From positions 186,001 to 250,000 of the IMG/VR virus record IMGVR_UViG_3300047476_002078: a stretch of 64,000 nucleotides of DNA, one strand, 5' to 3'. Of the stretch, positions 19,399 through 26,812 are shown in pieces (positions within the stretch are counted from its first letter, which is position 1; each line of letters starts with the position of its first letter). Position numbers and translations under genes: made by a program. The notes beneath the pieces are model-generated. The model had not been told where the DNA came from and did not search any database. It saw nothing but the letters and a program-made list of their open reading frames with translations.

Positions 19399-19409
19399 TT
19401 TACCGTAAA
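19399..19409. promoter_or_regulatory. Palindrome TTTAC-C-GTAAA; on the minus strand followed after 8 nt by TATAGT (-10-like)
   Basis: Intergenic, upstream of the minus-strand GT/MTase operon; the same palindrome recurs elsewhere in the window. Confidence 0.45.
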
Positions 19410-19430
19410 TCTAATATTTATTTTAAAATC

Positions 19431-19967
19431 TTAATCCGAAAGAAGTTTATCTAAATATTCCCACATTTTTGTTGACTCTGTGCAACTTGAATTGAATAGA
19501 TTTTGTCTGAATTGAGAGTATTCTTTTTTATACTTACGCAACATTTTACCCCCGTCATACTTGGAAGATACGATAGAGGTTTCAACATTAGTAATTCTGT
19601 CTGCTAATTTTAAAATAACAGCGTAACGATTTTGTTTTAACTTTGCGTAAGTTTTTTGAAGTTTTTCTTCTCTGTTTGAACTCGGCTCATTTGTAACACA
19701 CCATACAAGTTCAGCAATCTCTTTTCCGAACTTTTCTTCAATAAATTCTTTTGTTATCTCAGTGTCTTCCACAATATCATGGAGCCATGAAGCTACACTT
19801 AGTCTGGCGTAATTTTCATTTTTGTGGTCAGGATGGAAGCCGAACCTGATAAGTACATTTTGAACATTTTTTAAATGCTCAGTGTATGGCTCATTTCCAT
19901 ATCTTTGATCTGCATGGTTTTCAAAAGCAAGTTCAACAGCTAGTTCTAATAATTTTGAGTAGTTCAT
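19431..19967 (-). CDS. HD-domain (p)ppGpp-hydrolase-like protein (SpoT/Mesh1 small alarmone hydrolase family)
   Basis: H.DQRY, EPYTEH, WLHDIVEDT, FGKEIAELV..VT and KLADRITN match RelA/SpoT hydrolase-domain motifs; no synthetase domain. Confidence 0.85.
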   Translation of the reverse strand: MNYSKLLELAVELAFENHADQRYGNEPYTEHLKNVQNVLIRFGFHPDHKNENYARLSVASWLHDIVEDTEITKEFIEEKFGKEIAELVWCVTNEPSSNREEKLQKTYAKLKQNRYAVILKLADRITNVETSIVSSKYDGGKMLRKYKKEYSQFRQNLFNSSCTESTKMWEYLDKLLSD

Positions 19968-19969
19968 TT

Positions 19970-20194
19970 TTATTTATTATACTTATTTTTAGCATAATCC
20001 CAAAGAAGATTTTGTTTTTCGTCATCTAGCTCACATAGACCTACAAACAGATTTTTCCTTAAACCTTGAAATTTGTTAAGCCAGTATTCTTCGCTAAATT
20101 CATCTGACACCTCTACATTCAAAGCCTTCGCAAATTCTCTAAAATCCATACAATAAATAACCTTTAATACTTTCATGGCTTCATCACCTTTCAT
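19970..20194 (-). CDS. Hypothetical protein
   Basis: 74-aa ORF with AAGGAG RBS. Confidence 0.55.
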   Translation of the reverse strand: MKGDEAMKVLKVIYCMDFREFAKALNVEVSDEFSEEYWLNKFQGLRKNLFVGLCELDDEKQNLLWDYAKNKYNK

Positions 20195-20233
20195 AAAAAC
20201 TCCTTAAATAGCTGCTTTTATTAGCCTCACTTA

Positions 20234-20277
20234 CTATACCGATTCCACTCATAGAGGCAATAGTGGAATCGGTATAG
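20234..20277. promoter_or_regulatory. Perfect 16-12-16 inverted repeat between divergent operons
   Basis: CTATACCGATTCCACT (20234-20249), spacer CATAGAGGCAAT, AGTGGAATCGGTATAG (20262-20277); imperfect extension to CTCA/TGAG. Confidence 0.85.
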
Positions 20278-20305
20278 CACTTGAGAAAAGGACAAAGGAG
20301 CCTGT

Positions 20306-21244
20306 ATGAATGACAAAAAATTCGGTATTGAAATTGAGTTTATTAGCCCTATGAAAAGAAGTTCTATTTTTCAGAAGTTGGTAGCAAGAGGTATCAAAGT
20401 AGTTTCCTCTGATAGCTATGCTTCTAACTATCACCAAAAAAACAATGATTACACTAATTGGATGTTAGCAAGTGATAGTTCAGTCAGAGAGTCAGGGAAT
20501 GACGGACACGAACTTACTTCTCCTCCTCTTGTTGGTGAAGAAGGTATGAGGCAATTAAAAATTGTTTTAGAGGTTTTATCTTCTGTTAAAGCTAAAATCA
20601 ATCGCACTTGCGGTCTTCATGTTCATCACGAAGTTGATAGACTTATGGCTAGAACTGCCCTTGCTAAAATGTTTGTAAAATACCAATCAGCTTTGTATGC
20701 AGTAATTTCAAAAAATAGAGAAAGTAACCACTACTGTAAACCTCTTCCTGACGACTTCATCAAAATTGCAAATCCAAACGGTGACAGAAGTCAGCGATAC
20801 TATGGATTGAATTTTTTACCAGTAGATAAAGGTCATATCGAGTTCCGACTGCATCACGGTTCTATATGTTACGCAGAAATCAGAAATTGGGTTATACTTA
20901 CTCAAAGACTTGTAGAAGTTTCTCAAAAGCCTCTTATTAGAGATGAACTAAAAGTAAAAATTATAGAGATTCTTTCAAACCAAATGCTTTCATTCGACAA
21001 TCTAGTAAGAGAGATATTTAACCAAGGTTTGAGATTTACTGAACAGGAAATTAAAACATGCCTTGAAAAAAATTACTTCAGCAAAATTTCAGACGGTTCT
21101 AATGAATGGTTTACCGCAATCGAACACAAATCTCTAGTTGAGGAAATGCTAGAGGTTCTTGATCTTAAAGATAGCGACATTGAATTGTTTTACCGAGCTA
21201 GAGAAGAAATGAGAAATGTATTTGGAGATGCGAGGGCAGTATGA
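20306..21244 (+). CDS. Putative amidoligase (Amidoligase_2 family)
   Basis: FGIEIEF, W.L.SDSSV, ELTSPPL, INRTCGLHVH, RYYGLNF, IEFRLH.G. Confidence 0.85.
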   Translation: MNDKKFGIEIEFISPMKRSSIFQKLVARGIKVVSSDSYASNYHQKNNDYTNWMLASDSSVRESGNDGHELTSPPLVGEEGMRQLKIVLEVLSSVKAKINRTCGLHVHHEVDRLMARTALAKMFVKYQSALYAVISKNRESNHYCKPLPDDFIKIANPNGDRSQRYYGLNFLPVDKGHIEFRLHHGSICYAEIRNWVILTQRLVEVSQKPLIRDELKVKIIEILSNQMLSFDNLVREIFNQGLRFTEQEIKTCLEKNYFSKISDGSNEWFTAIEHKSLVEEMLEVLDLKDSDIELFYRAREEMRNVFGDARAV

Positions 21245-21795
21245 CAAGTAGTTTAACCGAAAAGAAATTTTTAACCGATGAAGAAAGAGAATCTCTCTTT
21301 GATCTTTTGAACAGGCACAAAGGGGAGAGGGATTCTATCATGATTCGATTGGCTTTATTTACTGGAGCCAGAGGAGCTTCAGAAATATTACCGCTAAAGC
21401 CTAAAGATTTTGGTAACAATAGTGTAACGATTAAAGCTTCTAAAAATTCTTTCGATAGAACAGTTCCTCTCGACGTTTCTTTTTTCAGGGAAATCCAAGC
21501 CTATATCTCTTCAAATAATATTGGAAGAGATGAAAGAATATTCCCTATCTCAGATAGGCAATGGAGAAGAATTTGGGATTATTGGCGACCTAATTCATCC
21601 AAAGGTTCGCATTGTCTAAGACATACGGCAGGAACATTACTATATATAAATTGTAGAGATTTAATGACCGTTAGAGCCTTTCTAGGTCACAAACAAATAA
21701 ACAATACTATGATATATTTGCAATATGTTGAGGGGGCTAGAAGTCTCAGATCAAAAATGAAAGGTATGTGGAAAAAGAATATTGATGACGCATAG
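21241..21795 (+). CDS. Tyrosine recombinase, catalytic domain only
   Basis: R (TGAR), K, HCLRH (H-x-x-R), LGH and TMIY catalytic Tyr; 184 aa. Confidence 0.9.
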   Translation: MTSSLTEKKFLTDEERESLFDLLNRHKGERDSIMIRLALFTGARGASEILPLKPKDFGNNSVTIKASKNSFDRTVPLDVSFFREIQAYISSNNIGRDERIFPISDRQWRRIWDYWRPNSSKGSHCLRHTAGTLLYINCRDLMTVRAFLGHKQINNTMIYLQYVEGARSLRSKMKGMWKKNIDDA

Positions 21796-21847
21796 CAATT
21801 TTTCAATTTTTACACTACTGTATATTATTTCTTAAAGAGGTAAAGTC

Positions 21848-22504
21848 ATGGATAAAATGAATCTTTCAGACTATTTTCATAAAGGTTACACATCTACGAA
21901 TATTCCAGAAGTAGAAGAACTTTTGCCTTTTTTGAGAAGCCAAAAATGGCACACTGTTGAAAATAGTTATCAGGAATTTGCTGAAGGTAATACTTTTACT
22001 TTACCTTTGTCTGCGGATTGGGACTTCAAATCTCATCAAAACAAAATACCTTCGTCGCTGTATGAGGCTATTAAAGATTTAGCCAGTTCTGGTTACTACG
22101 AATGGTTTACTCAAATATATGGCAATTTTACTCAAATTACCGTAATGCTTACAAAAATGGAAAAGGGTTCGGGATACGATTGGTATCAAGACACAAAACT
22201 TGGTGCTTTTAATGGAAACCTTTTATTTATTACGCCAGAAGTTTTTGATGAATCTGACGGTGGAGAAATTTCTTTAGGTATATGTGACTCTTCCCCAACA
22301 GGAAAACCTTTGTCTGATACAGTCATACCTCTTGAACATTTTATTCCTACGAACGGACTTATGATTACCAACTATAACATTAACCCGAATGTTATAAGAA
22401 AAATAAACCCATTAAAAACAGACAAGGAGCTTTATATCCTTCATTTTTATCTAGGCTATGTTGAAAATACGCTTATGAAGGAAATGAATGTTTCACATAG
22501 TTAA
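21848..22504 (+). CDS. 2OG-Fe(II) oxygenase-like protein with degenerate metal ligands
   Basis: Aligns by eye with 47578..48237, but WHQD is WYQD and the distal His is Arg. Confidence 0.6.
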   Translation: MDKMNLSDYFHKGYTSTNIPEVEELLPFLRSQKWHTVENSYQEFAEGNTFTLPLSADWDFKSHQNKIPSSLYEAIKDLASSGYYEWFTQIYGNFTQITVMLTKMEKGSGYDWYQDTKLGAFNGNLLFITPEVFDESDGGEISLGICDSSPTGKPLSDTVIPLEHFIPTNGLMITNYNINPNVIRKINPLKTDKELYILHFYLGYVENTLMKEMNVSHS

Positions 22505-23366
22505 TGACTGTTATCTGGATTTAATAGGTTCACCAAAAAAAGAAAATTGTAAGGTAGTACAACTTTTAACTTTTGAAGATAGTTCATTTTTCAAAAGTAT
22601 TGAAGATATAAAAGAAAAAGTTTGTTTTCACTTGTCTAGCAATGATCTTTGTTTTGCTATCGTGTGTTTTTTAAAAGAAGTTTACCCAAGTATTCCAAAA
22701 GAAGAAATTAAAAATCTTTATGATTTAACAATTGAAAGGTTTGTCATTCAAATTTCTTTAATAAACAATCAAGACTATAGCTCTTTAAAAAATAAAAATT
22801 TTAATACTATGTATGAACAAGCGGTTGTTCATAAATCAGTAAATAAAAATTTAATAGGTGTTGAATATTTGATTGGTAATTTTTTTGCACATACAGGTTT
22901 TTATGGTGCAGAAAATTATCCAAATCGAAATGTTTTAGTTAATAGATTAAAAAAGTTTTTCGATGACTCAAAGTATAAAACTGTAGATGAGATAAAAAAA
23001 GAATTAATCTATAAAATAGACCGTATTGATAAAAGTATAATCCCTTTACTTACAAAAGATAAATTGAGCAACTTTGAAATTAAAACTCTTTCCAACACTT
23101 TTGCTAGTTTTTATAAAAAGTATGCGGAAGGTTATTCAAGTAAATACCAAGAACTATCAACTTTGAATGATTTTCTTTTATCTGTAGAGGAAGCTGAAAT
23201 TGAAGATGAAGGTTATTTAAAATTCTTATTAAAAGATGTTAAAAGACCTCATAGCATACTGTTTTGCACTCATACCTATATCAATAAAGTTAATCTTTTT
23301 TTAATCAATTATTTTTATGATTCTTTTCTGAATAAAGGTATCGCAAACAGGCACTACTTCTTATAA
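22488..23366 (+). CDS. Hypothetical protein
   Basis: 292-aa ORF overlapping the preceding gene. Confidence 0.55.
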   Translation: MFHIVNDCYLDLIGSPKKENCKVVQLLTFEDSSFFKSIEDIKEKVCFHLSSNDLCFAIVCFLKEVYPSIPKEEIKNLYDLTIERFVIQISLINNQDYSSLKNKNFNTMYEQAVVHKSVNKNLIGVEYLIGNFFAHTGFYGAENYPNRNVLVNRLKKFFDDSKYKTVDEIKKELIYKIDRIDKSIIPLLTKDKLSNFEIKTLSNTFASFYKKYAEGYSSKYQELSTLNDFLLSVEEAEIEDEGYLKFLLKDVKRPHSILFCTHTYINKVNLFLINYFYDSFLNKGIANRHYFL

Positions 23367-23367
23367 A

Positions 23368-23398
23368 GAAGCCTCTCGTTTTTTAGGCGAGAGGCTTC
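23368..23398. terminator. Probable bidirectional intrinsic terminator
   Basis: GAAGCCTCTCG-ttttttagg-CGAGAGGCTTC 11-bp stem between convergent genes; followed by TTT on the minus strand. Confidence 0.7.
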
Positions 23399-23431
23399 CG
23401 ACACCTCGACGGTAGCGAATCCTTCGGGGGT

Positions 23432-24715
23432 TTAACCGTATAAAGTCAGTGTAGCAAATTTGTTTGGATAAATAATAAAACTATCTAATCTAACAGTTCC
23501 AGCATTTGCAGATATTTCAATGCGAGGTTGTAGCCAACGTGTGTTTGTCGGTAATGTACCTGCGGTTGAGCCTTCTTTTGTACTTATATTTTGAACATAA
23601 GCGTATGTCGTACTGTTATAAACTACACCATTAGCTAGAAAATTATTTTGAACAGCATTATGAGAAATTTCTGTTTGTGTTGAATCAAACCCTCTATATC
23701 CAAGGCTAATTGTAGCACTCGCAGTTGAGGCGTAGTTAGCGAATCCTCCGATTCCTACATCTGGATTAACAGCATATACTGTATTTAAAACCCAGACTCC
23801 TGTTCCAGTAAATTCAAACGCACCTGTTCCCATTTTTGAAGGAGCGGAAGCATTGTATGTAACAGTTCCCGTCCCTGAAATTAACTGAAAAAAAGCAAGC
23901 CCTGAAGATTTTTGAGCATAGTTAATTGGGCAAAAAACTTCATTACTGTATGATTGAAAAAACATTGGAGTAATGTTTATTCTGATTCCATCTGTTTCAT
24001 CGGTATTTCCAACCAGAACTACTAATCCATGATCGGGTTTTTCAGAAGTAACTGCACCTGCTACTGTTTGACTAAGATAACACGAAGCATTTGAACCTAT
24101 AGGAATTATTGTGTTTGAAAACGGTAAAGAAGATGCGGTCAGTCCTGTGCTTGGTGCTAATCCAGAGATGTAAACATCTCCAGTACCTCCGGAAACATTT
24201 TGAATAATACCAACAGCTTTCGCATTGGTAAGACTATCAGCTATCGCAGGAACATAAGAGGAACCATCAAATCTGACTATATTTCCGTTAGAGCATCCCA
24301 CTTGAGGAACTTGTCTCAGTACGCTCCCGATTTCATTTTTAATTGATGTTATTATTGTAGAGCTATTTAACGCTATGCCTAAAAAAACAGGTAGGCTAGG
24401 TTTTGTGCTTGTTAATCCACCTGCCGTAGTTGAACTCAGATAATATGACGTTCCTGCCGTTAATCCACTGAATCCAGACAAAATTCCATTAGCGATAATT
24501 AAATCACCTGTATTTGTATCAGAATTTTTATTTACAATAAAACCTATAGCATCGGCGTTGGTTGAGGTGTCTGCTTGAGCTTGGACAAAAATGGTTCCGT
24601 TGAACCGAACAACATCTCCATCATTAACAGAAGGGTCGATTGCCACGCTTAAAATATATTGTGTATTTACTCTAGGGTCGTCGCCCTTAATCCACCAGAT
24701 CGTAGGTTGTGTCAT
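23432..24715 (-). CDS. Virion fibre/decoration protein with two cement-like repeats and a C-terminal beta-sandwich (CBM-like) region
   Basis: Start moved to ATG 24715 (GAGGA RBS). GDVVRFNG..A.AD....AIG..G...GL.AG..YYLS repeats like those of 11303..13078; last gene of the baseplate operon. Confidence 0.65.
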   Translation of the reverse strand: MTQPTIWWIKGDDPRVNTQYILSVAIDPSVNDGDVVRFNGTIFVQAQADTSTNADAIGFIVNKNSDTNTGDLIIANGILSGFSGLTAGTSYYLSSTTAGGLTSTKPSLPVFLGIALNSSTIITSIKNEIGSVLRQVPQVGCSNGNIVRFDGSSYVPAIADSLTNAKAVGIIQNVSGGTGDVYISGLAPSTGLTASSLPFSNTIIPIGSNASCYLSQTVAGAVTSEKPDHGLVVLVGNTDETDGIRINITPMFFQSYSNEVFCPINYAQKSSGLAFFQLISGTGTVTYNASAPSKMGTGAFEFTGTGVWVLNTVYAVNPDVGIGGFANYASTASATISLGYRGFDSTQTEISHNAVQNNFLANGVVYNSTTYAYVQNISTKEGSTAGTLPTNTRWLQPRIEISANAGTVRLDSFIIYPNKFATLTLYG

Positions 24716-24759
24716 ATTTAAAATCCTCAATTCATTGAAAAATTAGCCAAATATCACGT

Positions 24760-26808
24760 TTATATAGTGTTACATGTAACCGTTACTGCACCTATCAGAG
24801 GTAAACCTGTTAGATAATCCTTGTGCCCTGCGGGACCGGAATTCACAACTCCTCCTTGTGTACTACTGCCTATTCTTACAATAGGAGCTTTTGCAGTAAT
24901 TTGGAGAGCTTTCATAGTTATCGTTAAAGCCTCTAGGCTCATTTGCCCGACTTTTGTTCCAATACTCACGTTTCCTAAAAGAGTCTCAATATTGATATTT
25001 CCAAGTTTTACTCCAACTTTAAAATTACCAATACCTACATCTGTGGTTTTTCCGCCAACTAAAATCTGTTCTTTATAGTTACCTGCTACTAATTTTTGAG
25101 TATAACTTCCTAGAAGCATTTCTAGTTCTTTATCTCCTAACAAAATTCTTTCTTTATCGGCGGCTAAACCTCCAGCCGCTAAGTTAGGAGCAGCAATAAC
25201 TACTTTTCTTCCTGCTCCAATATTTGATTGGTAGTCTGCGGTAACATTTTCTTTTAAACCTCCACCGTAGTTATTAGATTTATCATTGATAAAGTTATCA
25301 ACTTTTTTACCTAAAACACGATGTTCTAGCTTTCCATGTATAAGATAAATGTCATCTCCTTTAACTTCAGTAAACCTATTACCGTCAATTACAAGATCAA
25401 CATTATTTTTTATTCTTCCACGAATTGAATTTTTTCCTGCGTCTGAACCAACAATTTCAAAATTTAATCCGTTAGTCATTAGAACATCAAGGCTTCGATT
25501 GTTTGTAGATTCCCCACCTATAAATACTTGTGCTCCTCCAAGTAGATCAAGTATAAGAGATTTTCCATCTGAGGCTTCTTTACCAATCATCATTTTTAAA
25601 GAGCCTGCCATACCAATATTTGCTGATCTTCCAGCACCTAAAGGATGAATTGAACTACTCTTATCTAAACTAAACTCTAAAACTCCTTCTTTGGTAAAAT
25701 TGAAAGATGTTAAAGTGTTTGGTATTTTAACTTGAAAAGCACCTGCTTGAGTTTTTTCTCCATTGATTCCGTTTTCATTAACTACTTGTTGTTCTGTGGC
25801 AATGATATTGTCAGGAGTTCTTGTTTTATTATCTGCAAAAGTTACAGGCATTAAAATTTTGCCGTAGTTCTTTCTACCTTCTGAAGAAATAGCATCATTT
25901 CCTACTAAGGTTCCAACTACAAGAGATACGAGAGGCTTAGTTACCTTCCCACTTTCTTGTGAATTGTTTGCCTTGTATAAAGGGCTTAAATTAGCTCCAC
26001 CACTAGATTCTTCTGGTAAGTCTAAAGAAAGGTCTGAATATTCTTTTAAATCAAGTCTAAACTCGGTGTATCCGTTTATACCGTTATTGTCTATGGAAAG
26101 GGTTCCGTAAGGGTTTTGAGCGGTTTTAGGAGCATCTGTGACTCTATAAAAGAGTCTTCCATCTGTAAGATATTGAGAAGCATCTAGGAACTGAGTTCCA
26201 AAATCTTTGTTACCTATAAGTTCATTTCTATGAATAAAACCGAAGTTTATTCTTCCTGCTTTGGAGTTTAAAACTTGGTTCTGAGACATAATAGAAGCTA
26301 TTTGAGAAAAAGGGTCGAGATTTATTTCATTCATTGCTGAATTTTGTAAAAACACGCCTTCATCTAACCTTAAATCTGCTCCTGCTTTTGAGGACACCCA
26401 AAAGTCTCCGGGGTATAATTTCCAGTTTTTAAATCTTTGTGTTAGAGCAATTTGGTCTGAACTATTTTCTATATTACTTCTTAGATAAACAGGTTCAAAA
26501 TCGTAAGAAAAGAAAATATTGCGTGGAATGAATCCAAGAATACATGGGTATCCTTGATTATTGGCAAGTCTAAAATAATAACAAACTACAATTGAACCAA
26601 TATCAGGCATACCTCCCATGAAACTGTTAGGAGCGATAAATGGATTTGCTACCATTACGTCAGTAGCGTAATTTTCTCCATCTAAGTATTTAATATCAAC
26701 AGTGTGTTTAAAGTAATCAACTCTAGTGATTTCTGCGAATCTTAAAAAATCAAAACTTGTTCCACTACTTTTGAAATTGCTATAAGGTTTATTATCCCAT
26801 TTTGCCAT
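24760..26808 (-). CDS. Baseplate central spike (gp5/gpV/VgrG-like)
   Basis: N-terminal OB-fold pattern (AEITRVDY..TVDI, GGMPDIGSIVVC) and C-terminal Gly/Ile-rich beta-helix repeats; follows the hub gene. Confidence 0.7.
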   Translation of the reverse strand: MAKWDNKPYSNFKSSGTSFDFLRFAEITRVDYFKHTVDIKYLDGENYATDVMVANPFIAPNSFMGGMPDIGSIVVCYYFRLANNQGYPCILGFIPRNIFFSYDFEPVYLRSNIENSSDQIALTQRFKNWKLYPGDFWVSSKAGADLRLDEGVFLQNSAMNEINLDPFSQIASIMSQNQVLNSKAGRINFGFIHRNELIGNKDFGTQFLDASQYLTDGRLFYRVTDAPKTAQNPYGTLSIDNNGINGYTEFRLDLKEYSDLSLDLPEESSGGANLSPLYKANNSQESGKVTKPLVSLVVGTLVGNDAISSEGRKNYGKILMPVTFADNKTRTPDNIIATEQQVVNENGINGEKTQAGAFQVKIPNTLTSFNFTKEGVLEFSLDKSSSIHPLGAGRSANIGMAGSLKMMIGKEASDGKSLILDLLGGAQVFIGGESTNNRSLDVLMTNGLNFEIVGSDAGKNSIRGRIKNNVDLVIDGNRFTEVKGDDIYLIHGKLEHRVLGKKVDNFINDKSNNYGGGLKENVTADYQSNIGAGRKVVIAAPNLAAGGLAADKERILLGDKELEMLLGSYTQKLVAGNYKEQILVGGKTTDVGIGNFKVGVKLGNINIETLLGNVSIGTKVGQMSLEALTITMKALQITAKAPIVRIGSSTQGGVVNSGPAGHKDYLTGLPLIGAVTVTCNTI

Positions 26809-26812
26809 ACGA

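Noticed and set aside
20306-23366. Whole plus-strand block as a recombinase-inverted segment
   Set aside because: No matching inverted repeats were found at the two ends of the block.
23395-23435. tRNA or tRNA fragment in the GC-rich patch
   Set aside because: No cloverleaf, T-loop GTTCRA context or acceptor stem can be formed.
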